Shown one piece after another: positions 44,621 through 55,430 of a DNA stretch of 64,000 nt. Position 1 is the stretch's first letter. Each line of letters opens with the position of its first letter. The position numbers were made by a program, and so were the translations under genes. Under the pieces are notes generated by a model, which made no database searches, was not told the DNA's origin, and was given only the letters and a program-made list of their open reading frames with translations. Origin of the DNA: Flavobacteriales bacterium (lineage in GTDB: Bacteria > Bacteroidota > Bacteroidia > Flavobacteriales_F > PHOS-HE28); assembly GCA_046329105.1 (NCBI GenBank), contig JAXLVH010000004.1:29938-93937 (forward strand), given 5' to 3'.

Positions 44621-47600
44621 ATGAAAAGGTCCTTCGCGATCGCGGCCGCGTGCATATCTGCCATTGCAGCCACAGCCCAACTGGAACAGAACCGGTACAG
44701 TGCCGATCCGCACGGGCTGCCCGACTGGGTGCAACTGATGTACGCGCCTGATGCCGATCCGGGTGCGGTACAAGCGGCGTACACCGCGTACTACGCCACG
44801 CACCCGTTCGTGAAGAACAGCCACACGCAGTATTTCAAGCGGTGGAAACGGGAACTGGGTCATGCATTGGTGCCCAGGGACCCTGGTCAGCTGGCGCAGT
44901 ATGAACAGACCTCACGCGCCTACCTCGATGCGACCGGAGCGCTGCTTGGCGATCGTGCCGCGAACTGGTCGTGCATCGGGCCGTTCGACTGGGATCATGG
45001 TGCGGTGGCCAAGAGCTACGCCTGCGGGGCCGCGCACGTGTACACGGTGGAGCAGGCCAATTCCGATGGCAATACGGTGTATGCGGGAACGGCGAACGCC
45101 GGCGTGTGGAAGAGCACGGACAAGGGGCTGAACTGGACGAACATGACCAAGGACATGCTCGTGGGCGAAGTGCTCAGCGTGGAGATCGATCACACCAATG
45201 CGAACGTTGTATGGTTCGGTGGTGCGGGGAAGCTGTACAAGACCACGAACGGCGGTACGACCTGGTCCACCGCCGGTGATGCGGCCTTCAATGCGGTATC
45301 CCACACCATCCGCGACATCGTGCTGCACCCCACGAACAACCAGAAGCTATTCGTTTGCAGCAACCAGGGCCTGTACCGCAGCGACAACGGCGGCACTACC
45401 TTCACCCAGGTACAGGCGGGCACATGGCAGGAGCTCGAGTTCAAGCCCGGCGACCCGACGTACGTGTACGCGGTGAAGCAGACCGGCATCGTCACGCAGT
45501 TCTGGCGCAGTACCAACAGCGGGAGCACGTTCACGCAGATGACCACGGGCTGGCCGGTCGCCGTGGCACCCTCGGAGCAGGAACGCACCGAGATCGCGGT
45601 GAGCGCGGCGGCGCCCAACATGGTGTACGCCCTGTGTACCGGTGTGGCGGATGGAGGGAGCGGGCTGTACGGAGTGTACCGGAGTACCGACAGTGGCGCG
45701 AGCTGGACCTTCCAATGTTGCGGCACCGGCCCCGGTGGTGTGCCCTCACCGACCAACTTCAACCTGATGGGCTGGGACGATGGCGGCCAGGACGATGGCG
45801 GACAATACTACTATGATCTCGCTTTCGCGGTAGACCCAACGAATGCCTCCAAGGTCAACGTGTGCGCGGTGAACCGCTGGGTGAGCACGGATGGCGGGGT
45901 CAATTTCACCTGCCCGGCGAAGTGGAGCCACAGCAACAAGGTGGACTACCTGCATGCGGATATCCATGACATCCGCTACTATGGCGGGTCGGAGATCTGG
46001 GCGGCGTGTGATGGCGGTGTCTTCTACAGCAACGATGGAGGGGCCACCTTCAACCGGCGCATGTTCGGCATCGCGGGTACGGACTTCTGGGGCTTCGGTG
46101 TCGGCGGCTGGACCGGCAGCCAGGTGATGCTCGGGGGTACCTATCACAACGGGACCCTGCTCAAGGACAACAACGTGTACACCAATGGCTGGGTGAGCAC
46201 GGACGGTGGCGACAACTACCGGGGCTTCGTACATCCCCAGTACGATCGCCGGGCCTTGAGCGACTACGGTTACAAGGTGCTGAGCGGCGACCGCACGGTG
46301 AACAACACCAACGGCTCGTGGGGCAAGCAACCCAATGCCGATTACACCACCGGGCACAGCAGCGAAGTGGTGTGGCATCCGAACCTGGTGAACACCGCGT
46401 ACGTGGGCAACGGCAATTCGATCTGGCGCACCGACGACAACGGGGTCTCCTTCGTGGAGGTGTACAACTTCGGGGAGTACGTCACGAGTATCGAGGTGGC
46501 CTTCAGCGATCCCAACATCATGTACGCCTGCACGTATGTGGATTGGTGGGGAGCTAAGAAGGTCTGGAAAAGCACCACCGCTGGCGCCAGTTGGACCGAC
46601 GTCACGCCGACGCCCGCGCAGCTCAACGGCAATGAATGGGTGCCGTACGACATCGCGGTGAGCGCGACGGACCCCCAAACGATCTGGCTGGTGCGCACCT
46701 CGCAGTACGGCGACTACCCGGACCATGATGGCTACGTCGTTTTCCGCAGCATCAACGGTGGCACGAGCTGGACGAACATCACCTCGCCCGCGTTGAACGG
46801 CGAATGGCCCACGGGCATCGCGCACCAGATCGGGAGTAACGGTGGATTGTACATCGGTACACGGCGTTCGGTATACTATCGCAGCGACGCGACCGGCTCA
46901 TGGGGCTTGTGGAACGCCGGCCTGCCCGCTCGTATCTACAGCACCCGACTGCTCATCAACTACCGCGACCAGAAGATCCGCAACGGAACGGACCGCAGCG
47001 TGTGGGAGAGCGCCCTCGAGTCCCCGGCACCGCCGGTGGCCAATTTCGCCGCCGACAAGCGCGCGTTGAGCTGCCTCGCGCCGACGGTGCAGTTCTGGGA
47101 CAACAGTGCGCTGGCCAACACCGCCGCCACCTGGAGTTGGAGCTTCCCCGGAGGGAGCCCGGCAACGGCATCGGTGCGCAGCCCAGTGGTGACCTACTCC
47201 ACGCCCGGTACATTCGACGTGTCGCTCACCGTTACAGATGCGAACGGTACGAACACGCGCACGATCCCCGGTTTCATCACCGTTTCCAACAGCGCTGCGG
47301 CCACGCCGGTGATCGCCAACGCCGAGGACCAGGCGGTGCTGCCCAACGGCTGGGGCCTGCAGAACCCCGACGGGCAGGCCACCTGGACCAACGAGAGCGT
47401 GACCGGGGCCGATGGCAACACCACCCGCGCCTGGCGCATGGACTATTACTACTACAACGCACCCGGCCAGGAGGACCGGCTCGTCACGCCGGTGATCACG
47501 CTCGGGGGCAGTGCCGGAACGCGGTTGAATTTCCACCATGCGTACAAGCCCTATGGTGCCAATTACACCGATGGCCTGCGGGTGGAGATCAGTGCCGATT

Positions 47601-48568
47601 GCGGGACGAACTGGACCACCCTCTATTACGAGGAGGCCCTGGCCCTGGGAACGACCACCACAGGAAGCAGCCCGTGGTCGCCTACGGCCGCGAACCAATG
47701 GGAGCCGCATGAGATCGATCTGAGCGCGTACGACGGGCAGAGCGTGGTGCTCCGGTTCACCGGGGTGTGCGACTATGGTGACCGGTTGTACCTGGACAAT
47801 ATCGCCGTGACCAACAGCGGCGTGCGCGTGGCGCTAAAATTAATGCTTGAAGGCGCGTATGATAGCGGTACCGGGAAGATGCGCGATGACCTGCGCCTGG
47901 CGGGCCTTGTGCCGGGCAGCGAGCCGTATACCGCATTGGGATTCACGCAAGCGGCCGGAGGTGGGGGAGAGGTGACCCAGGCCGGGGTCACCAGTGTCAC
48001 CGGCGACAATGCCGTTGTGGATTGGGTGCTGGTCGAATTGCGCAACGCTGCGACACCGGCCACGATCGTGGCCACCCGTGCGGCGCTGTTGCAGCGCGAC
48101 GGTGATGTGGTGGCCGAGGATGGTGTCTCGCCCGTGGCCTTGCTGGCGACCGCGGGCAGCTACAATGTGGCGGTGCGGCACCGCAACCACCTGGGCGTGA
48201 TGACGCTGAACCCGATGACGCTGGGTAATACGCCCATGGCCATCGACCTCACCCAGACCAGCACCTCGACCTACGGCACCAACGCGCGCAAGAGCGTGAG
48301 CGGAGCCTTTCCTGCACAGGTGCTCTGGGCGGGCGATGTCACGTACAACGGCCAGGTGAAGTACACGGGTGGTGGCAACGACCGCGATCCCGTCCTGATC
48401 ACGGTGGGCAGCACCACCCCCAACAACAGCGCGAACGCGTACAGCACCCGCGATGTGAACCTGAATGGCCAGGTGAAGTACACGGGCAGCAGCAACGACC
48501 GCGATCCGATATTGCTGAACGTCGGCAGCGCCACGCCGAACAACGTGCGTTCGGAACAATTGCCGTAG
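44621..48568 (+). CDS. Giant secreted BNR/Asp-box beta-propeller protein with PKD and MAM-like domains and the shared C-terminal module
   Basis: 1315 aa. Signal peptide. About 11 Asp-box motifs (S-x-D-x-G-x-T-W/F). PKD domain ([39 protein letters not shown]). MAM-like jelly-roll. C-terminal module 47821-48568 ending ...[31 protein letters not shown]. Confidence 0.7.
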   Translation: MKRSFAIAAACISAIAATAQLEQNRYSADPHGLPDWVQLMYAPDADPGAVQAAYTAYYATHPFVKNSHTQYFKRWKRELGHALVPRDPGQLAQYEQTSRAYLDATGALLGDRAANWSCIGPFDWDHGAVAKSYACGAAHVYTVEQANSDGNTVYAGTANAGVWKSTDKGLNWTNMTKDMLVGEVLSVEIDHTNANVVWFGGAGKLYKTTNGGTTWSTAGDAAFNAVSHTIRDIVLHPTNNQKLFVCSNQGLYRSDNGGTTFTQVQAGTWQELEFKPGDPTYVYAVKQTGIVTQFWRSTNSGSTFTQMTTGWPVAVAPSEQERTEIAVSAAAPNMVYALCTGVADGGSGLYGVYRSTDSGASWTFQCCGTGPGGVPSPTNFNLMGWDDGGQDDGGQYYYDLAFAVDPTNASKVNVCAVNRWVSTDGGVNFTCPAKWSHSNKVDYLHADIHDIRYYGGSEIWAACDGGVFYSNDGGATFNRRMFGIAGTDFWGFGVGGWTGSQVMLGGTYHNGTLLKDNNVYTNGWVSTDGGDNYRGFVHPQYDRRALSDYGYKVLSGDRTVNNTNGSWGKQPNADYTTGHSSEVVWHPNLVNTAYVGNGNSIWRTDDNGVSFVEVYNFGEYVTSIEVAFSDPNIMYACTYVDWWGAKKVWKSTTAGASWTDVTPTPAQLNGNEWVPYDIAVSATDPQTIWLVRTSQYGDYPDHDGYVVFRSINGGTSWTNITSPALNGEWPTGIAHQIGSNGGLYIGTRRSVYYRSDATGSWGLWNAGLPARIYSTRLLINYRDQKIRNGTDRSVWESALESPAPPVANFAADKRALSCLAPTVQFWDNSALANTAATWSWSFPGGSPATASVRSPVVTYSTPGTFDVSLTVTDANGTNTRTIPGFITVSNSAAATPVIANAEDQAVLPNGWGLQNPDGQATWTNESVTGADGNTTRAWRMDYYYYNAPGQEDRLVTPVITLGGSAGTRLNFHHAYKPYGANYTDGLRVEISADCGTNWTTLYYEEALALGTTTTGSSPWSPTAANQWEPHEIDLSAYDGQSVVLRFTGVCDYGDRLYLDNIAVTNSGVRVALKLMLEGAYDSGTGKMRDDLRLAGLVPGSEPYTALGFTQAAGGGGEVTQAGVTSVTGDNAVVDWVLVELRNAATPATIVATRAALLQRDGDVVAEDGVSPVALLATAGSYNVAVRHRNHLGVMTLNPMTLGNTPMAIDLTQTSTSTYGTNARKSVSGAFPAQVLWAGDVTYNGQVKYTGGGNDRDPVLITVGSTTPNNSANAYSTRDVNLNGQVKYTGSSNDRDPILLNVGSATPNNVRSEQLP

Positions 48569-48614
48569 GGGTCGTCCGCGTTTGATACGTTCGCGCTCCC
48601 ATTCCACCGACCCC

Positions 48615-49817
48615 ATGAGCATCTCGACCACCACGCCCTTCTACCGCCACATCCAGCAGGAACTCGATTCCATCCGCGAGGCGGGGCTCTTCAAGCGCGA
48701 GCGCGTCATCACCAGTGAGCAGGGTGCCGAGATCATGGTGAACGGGCGCACAGCGCTGAACTTCTGCGCGAACAACTACCTCGGCCTGTCCTCGCATCCC
48801 GACGTGATCGCTGCGGCGCATCGTACGCTCGATTCGCACGGCTACGGCATGAGCAGCGTGCGGTTCATCTGCGGCACGCAGGACATCCACAAGGAGCTCG
48901 AGCAGAAACTCGCGCAATTCCACGGTACGGAAGATACCATACTGTATGCGGCCTGCTTCGATGCCAATGGCGGGGTATTCGAGCCCTTGTTGCAGGAGAC
49001 CGACGCCATCATCAGTGATTCGCTCAACCACGCCAGCATCATCGATGGGGTGCGGCTGTGCAAGGCCATGCGCTACCGGTACGCCAACAACGACATGGCC
49101 GATCTGGAGCTGCAGCTGAAGACCGCGCGCAAGGACGGGGCCCGACACATCATCGTGGTCACCGACGGCGTCTTCAGCATGGACGGCATCGTGGCCGATC
49201 TGAAGGGCGTGTGCGATCTGGCTGAAAAATACCAGGCATTGGTGATGGTGGACGAGTGCCACGCGGCGGGCTTCATCGGGAAGACGGGCCGTGGCAGTGT
49301 TGAAGCGTGCGGCGTATCGGGGCGTGTGGACATCATCACGGGCACCTTGGGCAAGGCGCTGGGCGGGGCCATGGGCGGTTACACCACCGGGCGCAAGGAG
49401 ATCATCGAAATGCTGCGGCAGCGCTCGAGGCCCTACCTCTTCAGCAACTCGCTCACGCCCGCCATCGTGGGTGCCAGCATCGCTGTGGTGGACCTGCTGA
49501 TGAAAAGTACCGAATTGCGCGACAAGTTGGAGCGGAATGTGGCCCGGTTCAAGAACGGGATCGAGGCGCTCGGTTTCAGGACCCGCGGCGATCGCAGCGC
49601 CATTGTTCCGGTGATGCTGGGCGATGCCAAACTCAGCCAGGTGATGGCCGACAAGCTGCTGGACGAGGGCATCTACGTCATCGGCTTCTTCTACCCCGTG
49701 GTGCCCAAGGACACCGCCCGCATCCGGGTGCAGTTGAGCGCCGCGCACAGCGAGGCGCACGTCGATCACGCGTTGGCGGCCTTCGGGAAAGTGGGGAAGG
49801 AATTGGGGGTGGTCTGA
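48615..49817 (+). CDS. kbl: Glycine C-acetyltransferase (2-amino-3-ketobutyrate CoA ligase)
   Basis: 400 aa. Alpha-oxoamine synthase family. PLP-lysine motif GTLGKALGG. Start [10 protein letters not shown] chosen within ORF 48582. Confidence 0.8.
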   Translation: MSISTTTPFYRHIQQELDSIREAGLFKRERVITSEQGAEIMVNGRTALNFCANNYLGLSSHPDVIAAAHRTLDSHGYGMSSVRFICGTQDIHKELEQKLAQFHGTEDTILYAACFDANGGVFEPLLQETDAIISDSLNHASIIDGVRLCKAMRYRYANNDMADLELQLKTARKDGARHIIVVTDGVFSMDGIVADLKGVCDLAEKYQALVMVDECHAAGFIGKTGRGSVEACGVSGRVDIITGTLGKALGGAMGGYTTGRKEIIEMLRQRSRPYLFSNSLTPAIVGASIAVVDLLMKSTELRDKLERNVARFKNGIEALGFRTRGDRSAIVPVMLGDAKLSQVMADKLLDEGIYVIGFFYPVVPKDTARIRVQLSAAHSEAHVDHALAAFGKVGKELGVV

Positions 49818-49932
49818 GGGGTGGGGGTTTGCACCGTTCGCCGATCGGACTATCTTGGGCTGCCCGTTCCCGTTCCGCCCGTCTGGGTGGAACGACCTTG
49901 TCGCCCTCCAAGGTAACCAGATCCGCTCCACC

Positions 49933-52900
49933 ATGTCCATCATTACCCGCCGGAAAAAGTCCCTTGTCGTACTGACCGCCCTTGGCGCGTCGGTATCATT
50001 CTTCGCGTTCCAGCCCTTCGAGCTGCCCAACGCGGGCTCGGCCGTGCCGGTGAGCACCTTCGCCAACTTCGAGAGCGCGCACGTGCATCCGCTGGACATG
50101 ACGGCGGACGGCGCCAAGCTCCTGGCGGTGAACACGGCCAACAACACCTTGGAGGTCTTCCAGCTCGGCGGCCCCATGTTGCTGAACACCGCCAGCATAC
50201 CGGTGGGTCTGGACCCGGTCACCGTACGGGTGCGCACAAATACCGAGGCGTGGGTGGTGGATCAGGTGAGCGACGAGATCAGCATCATTGATCTGGCCAC
50301 CAACCGCGTGGTGCGCAGCCTGATCACCGAGGACGAACCGGCCGATGTGGTCTTCGCGCAGGGCAAGGCCTTCGTCTCGTGCGCGGGCCGCGAGAGCATC
50401 CAGGTGTTCAACCTGGCCGACCTGAACGCGGCGCCAACGGAGGTATTGTTGAAGGGTGAGCAACCGCGCGCGCTCGCGGTGAGCCCCGATGGGAACACGG
50501 TGTACTGCGCCTTCTTCGAGAGCGGCAACGCCACCACCGTCCTGAACGGCAACGACTTCTTCAGCTTCGCCCACGGGAGCAACAATGGCGTGTGCTCGCC
50601 GCAGGGCGGCTGCACGCAGATCCCGAACGACGTGCTCAATCCCAACGGACCTTACGGCGGTGCCGTGGATGCGAGTGCGGGCATCGTGCCCAACGCGGGC
50701 ACCGGCTTTGAACCGCCGCTCAATCCGGTGAACCCGCCCACCACCGACAGCAAGAGCCTCATTGTGCGCAAGAACGCCAGTGGGCAGTGGCTGGACGACA
50801 ACGGCGGCGACTGGACCAACATGGTGTCGGGCTCCGCGGCCGGCAAGGCGCGCATGACGGGCTGGGACATGCCCGACCGGGACGTGGCGGTCCTCAACGC
50901 CAGCAACCCCACCACGGCGGGCGTCACCTACCAGACGCGCTTGGGCAACATCCTCATGGCCATGGCCGTGCGGCCCGATGGCGAAGTGACGCTGGTGGGC
51001 ACCGATGCCATGAACGAGGTACGTTTTGAGCCCAACCTGAAAGGCCGCTTCGTGAAAGTGAACCTTTCGCGCTTCGCCAGCGTGGGTGGAGCGAACACCA
51101 TCAGCGACCTGAACCCGCATATCAACTACGCGAACGCCTCGCTACCACTGGCCCAGCGCATGCTGAGCATCGGCGACCCGCGCGGCATCGCCTGGAAGGC
51201 CGATGGCAGCAAGGCGTACATCACAGGCATGGGCTCCAACAACGTGGTCACGATCACGTCCACGGGCACGCGCGCCGGTACACCCGTCAAGGTGGGCGAG
51301 GGGCCCACAGGTATCGTGCTCGATGAAACGCGCGGCCTGGCGTACGTGCTCAACAAGTTCGAGGGCACGGTGAGCACGGTGGACATGGCCAACGACAGCG
51401 AGAAGGCGCGGACCAATTTCTTCGATCCCACCCCGCAGGTGATCAAGGCCGGCCGGAAGCACTTGTACGACACCCACCGCGGCAGCGGGAACGGCCATCT
51501 CTCGTGCGGGAGCTGTCACGTGGACACCCGCTGGGACCGCTTGGGCTGGGACCTGGGCAACCCGGCCGGCGACGTGAACATCGTGGACGGAAAAAGCTAC
51601 CACCCGCTCAAGGGCGTGAAGACCACGCAATTCCTCATCGACATCATCGGACGGGGCCGTGGCAACCTGCACTGGAGGGGCGACAAGCACGAGTTCGCCG
51701 ACTTCGCGGGGACTTTCCACGACCTGCAGGGACTCGATGCCCCCGCATCGCCGGCCGAGATGCAGGAATTGCAGGACTTCGTGGGCGCCACGTGGTACGT
51801 GCCCAACCCCTACCGCACGTACCGGCCGGAGAGCACCGTGGCCGCCGCTACCGAGCGTTGCAACCCGAGCAGGGTGCGTGGTACGGGAACCACCTTTCAA
51901 ACAATACCAAGTGCCGGTGTGAAATTGTGGGTGAGCGTGAACATCAACTGCGCGCACTGCCACAACGCGCAGACCGGTAGGGGCGAACTGCCCGGGAACG
52001 GGAATGTCGCGGGCACGGGTGCGGGCACCTTGGTCGATTTCACCCCCAACCGGAACATGGCGGCGGACCTGCGCAGCGTGTACCGGAAGGTCGGTTTCTT
52101 TTACAACACCACGGAATGCAACGCGGGCTTCGGCATGCTGAGCGAGGGCGTGATGGAGACCTGGTTCAACCAGGGTGGCACGGGCAATTACCTGGGCGAC
52201 TACGAGCCCGAACTCCTCTCGTGGTCCGGCGGCATCACCCAGACCAACTGTGCGGCGTGCTTCAACACCAACAACTTCCCACTGGCCAGCACCACCGTGC
52301 AGGACGCCATGCCGGCCGTGGGCCTGCGTGAAACGATCAACGGTGCCAGCATAGGCAGTACGGCCCGCTTGAACACCATGAAGGCCCTGGTGGACGAGGC
52401 CGCGCACAGCAGCGAATACGGCATGATCGTGAAGGGCATGTACGGCGGCGAGATGCGCGGCTTCTACTACACGGGTAGTAACAACTACCAGAGCGACATC
52501 ACCGGGCAGACCGTCACCCACACGCAACTGGTGAACAGTGCACAGGGCAGTGGCGGACCGCTCAGTTGGACCCTGGTGGTGCCGCAAACGAAGGTGCGCC
52601 TGGGTGTGGATGCGGACGCCGACGGCATTCTCGACCACGACGACCTGAACGCCCGCGTGAACGTGCGTGCCGTGCTGGAAGGACCCTTCGACGGCACGGC
52701 CATGAAGAGCGACCTGAACGATGCGGACCTGTTGCCCGCCACCGATCCCTTCGGCCTGGGCGAAACGATGAACCCGGCGGTGAAGAGTTTCACCGGCCTT
52801 TCGACCCCGGTGGATTGGGCGCGCGTGGAACTGCGCAGCAACGCCGACCCCGCCGTGGTGGTGGCACAGCGGGCCGTGCTGGTACAGCGCTCGGGCAACC

Positions 52901-53355
52901 TGATGCAACCCACCGGCGAGCAGATCATCACCTTCCCCGGCGTGGCGGCGGGCAACTACCACGTGGCCGTGCGGCACCGCAATCACTTGGGCATCATGAG
53001 CCTGTCGCCCTACATGCTGCGCGATGCGAACACTTTGGTGGACTTCACCACGGCCGCCACGGCCACCTACGGCACCAACGCGCGCAAGACCGTTGGTGGC
53101 ACCATGGTCATGTGGATGGGCGATGTGACCGGGAATGGCACCATCAAATACACCGGCAGTGGTAACGACCGCGATCCGGTGCTGGTGAAGGTGGGCAGCA
53201 CCGCGCCCAATGCCACGATGAACGGCTACTGGCCCGAGGACATCAACCTGAACGGCACGGTGAAATACACGGGCAGCGCGAACGACCGGGACCCCATCCT
53301 GCAGAACGTGGGGGCCACCGTCCCGACGAACTCGCGTACCGAGCAGCTGCCCTGA
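49933..53355 (+). CDS. Giant secreted YVTN/NHL-type beta-propeller protein with two CXXCH heme-binding motifs and the shared C-terminal module
   Basis: Start MSIITRRKKSLVVLTALGASVSFFA. YVTN-like repeats (LAVNTANNTLEVF, ALAVSPDGNTVYCA, ITGMGSNNVVTI, YVLNKFEGTVSTV). CGSCH and CAHCH motifs ~150 aa apart. C-terminal module 52651-53355 ending ...VKYTGSANDRDPILQNVGATVPTNSRTEQLP. Confidence 0.65.
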   Translation: MSIITRRKKSLVVLTALGASVSFFAFQPFELPNAGSAVPVSTFANFESAHVHPLDMTADGAKLLAVNTANNTLEVFQLGGPMLLNTASIPVGLDPVTVRVRTNTEAWVVDQVSDEISIIDLATNRVVRSLITEDEPADVVFAQGKAFVSCAGRESIQVFNLADLNAAPTEVLLKGEQPRALAVSPDGNTVYCAFFESGNATTVLNGNDFFSFAHGSNNGVCSPQGGCTQIPNDVLNPNGPYGGAVDASAGIVPNAGTGFEPPLNPVNPPTTDSKSLIVRKNASGQWLDDNGGDWTNMVSGSAAGKARMTGWDMPDRDVAVLNASNPTTAGVTYQTRLGNILMAMAVRPDGEVTLVGTDAMNEVRFEPNLKGRFVKVNLSRFASVGGANTISDLNPHINYANASLPLAQRMLSIGDPRGIAWKADGSKAYITGMGSNNVVTITSTGTRAGTPVKVGEGPTGIVLDETRGLAYVLNKFEGTVSTVDMANDSEKARTNFFDPTPQVIKAGRKHLYDTHRGSGNGHLSCGSCHVDTRWDRLGWDLGNPAGDVNIVDGKSYHPLKGVKTTQFLIDIIGRGRGNLHWRGDKHEFADFAGTFHDLQGLDAPASPAEMQELQDFVGATWYVPNPYRTYRPESTVAAATERCNPSRVRGTGTTFQTIPSAGVKLWVSVNINCAHCHNAQTGRGELPGNGNVAGTGAGTLVDFTPNRNMAADLRSVYRKVGFFYNTTECNAGFGMLSEGVMETWFNQGGTGNYLGDYEPELLSWSGGITQTNCAACFNTNNFPLASTTVQDAMPAVGLRETINGASIGSTARLNTMKALVDEAAHSSEYGMIVKGMYGGEMRGFYYTGSNNYQSDITGQTVTHTQLVNSAQGSGGPLSWTLVVPQTKVRLGVDADADGILDHDDLNARVNVRAVLEGPFDGTAMKSDLNDADLLPATDPFGLGETMNPAVKSFTGLSTPVDWARVELRSNADPAVVVAQRAVLVQRSGNLMQPTGEQIITFPGVAAGNYHVAVRHRNHLGIMSLSPYMLRDANTLVDFTTAATATYGTNARKTVGGTMVMWMGDVTGNGTIKYTGSGNDRDPVLVKVGSTAPNATMNGYWPEDINLNGTVKYTGSANDRDPILQNVGATVPTNSRTEQLP

Positions 53356-53524
53356 TGGCTTGCGGCTGAACCACCCCGCCCCGGAGGGGTGTGTAAAGGA
53401 TTTCTCCACGGCTTTTTGTGGGATCGGGCCGTCGATCTATCTTCGCGCCCCGTTTTACCCGCCATAGCCCCGCTCAGGGGTGGGGGCGGGTGCGGGGCGA
53501 ACAGACAAAAAACCCAGGCGTACC

Positions 53525-53979
53525 GTGGCTTCCACGACCCTCATCACCTCCATGGCCAACAAGGCCACCGTGCAGAAAGAATGGCTGCTGGTGGACGCTG
53601 AGAACGAGGTTCTCGGCCGCGTGGCCAGCAAGATCGCCATGCTGGTGCGTGGCAAGCACAAGCCCACCTTCACCCCGCACGTCGACACCGGCGACCATGT
53701 GGTGGTGATCAATGCCGACAAGGTTCGTCTCACCGGCGCCAAGTGGGAGGACAAGACCTACCTGCGCTACAGCCTGTACCCGGGCGGCCAGCGCGCCGAA
53801 ACGGCCAAGGCCCTGCTGCGCCGCAAGCCGCACAGCGTATTGGAGGAGGCCGTGCGCGGCATGCTCCCCAAGACGCGCTTGGGCGAAGCGCAATTCGGCA
53901 ACCTGCACGTGAACGTGGGCGGAACCCACAAGCACGAAGCGCAGAAGCCCCGCAAGATCGACCTCAACAGCATCAAGTA
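53525..53979 (+). CDS. rplM: 50S ribosomal protein L13
   Basis: GTG start giving VASTTLITSMANKATVQKEWLLVDAENEVLGR, which matches Bacteroidota L13 N-termini. GKHKPTFTPHVDTGDHVVVINA core. Confidence 0.85.
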
Positions 53980-53981
53980 AA

Positions 53982-54368
53982 ATGGCATCAGTGAACAGCC
54001 TGGGCCGCCGCAAGAGCAGCGTGGCGCGCGTGATCCTCAGCGATGGCAACGGGGATATCAAGGTGAACGGCGTGGAAGGCAAGGAGTACTTCCCCATCAC
54101 CATGCAGCAGTTCAAGCTGATGCAGCCTTTCAAACTCACCGATACCGAGGGCAAGTACGACGTCACCATCAGGGTGGACGGCGGCGGCATCACCGGCCAG
54201 GTGGAAGCCGTGCGTCTGGGCATCGCCCGTGCGCTGGTGAAGCTCGATCCCGAGCACAAGCCCAAGCTCAAGGCCGAGGACCTCATGACGCGCAACCCCC
54301 GCGAGGTGGAGCGCAAGAAGTTCGGACGCAAGAAGGCGCGCAAGCGCTACCAGTTCAGCAAGCGTTAA
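53982..54368 (+). CDS. rpsI: 30S ribosomal protein S9
   Basis: 128 aa. C-terminal KKFGRKKARKRYQFSKR. Confidence 0.9.
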   Translation: MASVNSLGRRKSSVARVILSDGNGDIKVNGVEGKEYFPITMQQFKLMQPFKLTDTEGKYDVTIRVDGGGITGQVEAVRLGIARALVKLDPEHKPKLKAEDLMTRNPREVERKKFGRKKARKRYQFSKR

Positions 54369-54448
54369 GTCCCACGCTTGCGTGCCCACCCAAGTCCGCG
54401 GCAGTGCGGACGAAGGAGGGTTCAGCATCCAATCCCTCCGGACTGTTG

Positions 54449-54473
54449 TTGTCGCCCTGAGCCCGTCGAAGCG
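54449..54473. repeat. Degenerate single copy of the TGTCACGCTGAGC-family repeat in the rpsI-rpsB spacer
   Basis: TGTCGCCCTGAGCCCGTCGAAGCGC vs consensus TGTCACGCTGAGCCTGCCGAAGCGC. Adjacent stem-loop GGAGGGTTCAGCATCCAATCCCTCC. Confidence 0.5.
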
Positions 54474-54539
54474 CGACGACACGCTACCGGAGAGATGCCT
54501 GCACAACGGGAACAAGGAAAGTGAACCAAAAGAAGGAAC

Positions 54540-55325
54540 ATGGCACGTACTGATTTCAAGCAACTGCTCGACGCCGGCGTTCATTTCGGCCATCTGCGCC
54601 GCAAGTGGAACCCCAACATGGCGCCCTACATCTTCGGCGAGAAGAAGGGCATCCACATCATCGACCTGAACAAGACGGCGGTGAAGTTGGACGAGGCCGC
54701 CAACGCGATGAAGAACATCGCCCGCAGCGGCAAGAAAGTGCTCTTCGTGGCAACGAAGAAGCAGGCCAAGGACATCGTCACCGAGAAGGTGAAGCCCACC
54801 GGCATGCCGTACGTCACCGAGCGTTGGAGCGGTGGTATGCTCACCAACTTCGGCACCATCCGCCGGGCCATCAAGAAAATGGCGGCCATCGACCGCATGA
54901 AGGTGGACGGCACCTTCAACCACATGAGCAAGCGCGAGCGCCTGCAGGTGAGCCGCCAGCGCGAGAAGATGGAGAAGAACTTGGGCTCTATCGCCGACCT
55001 CAGCCGCCTGCCGAGCGCGTTGTTCATCGTGGACATCGTGAAGGAGCACATCGCCGTGGCCGAGGCCCGCAAGCTGAACATCCCCACCTTCGCGATGGTG
55101 GACACCAACAGCGATCCGGACCTGATCGACTTCCCCATCCCGGCCAACGACGATGCCACCAAGAGCATCGAGCTGATCGTGGACACCATGATCGCCGCCA
55201 TCAACGAGGGCATCGAGGAGCGCAAGAGCGACAAGGAGCGCGGCGAGGCCATCGACGAGGCGGAAGAAGGTGCCGAAGAGGCCACCGAAGAGGCACCCGC
55301 CAGCGAGGAGGAGGCCAAGGCCTGA
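54540..55325 (+). CDS. rpsB: 30S ribosomal protein S2
   Basis: 261 aa. MARTDFKQLLDAGVHFGHLRRKWNPNMAPYIF.... Acidic C-terminal tail. Confidence 0.9.
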   Translation: MARTDFKQLLDAGVHFGHLRRKWNPNMAPYIFGEKKGIHIIDLNKTAVKLDEAANAMKNIARSGKKVLFVATKKQAKDIVTEKVKPTGMPYVTERWSGGMLTNFGTIRRAIKKMAAIDRMKVDGTFNHMSKRERLQVSRQREKMEKNLGSIADLSRLPSALFIVDIVKEHIAVAEARKLNIPTFAMVDTNSDPDLIDFPIPANDDATKSIELIVDTMIAAINEGIEERKSDKERGEAIDEAEEGAEEATEEAPASEEEAKA

Positions 55326-55430
55326 TCCGCGTACCGCACGCCCTCCCATCGTTCCGGAGCACCCGTGGCCCTGGGACGTGAACAAAGACAAGAAAGATAC
55401 CCAACCTGCAATAGCACCGTGAGCAACACC

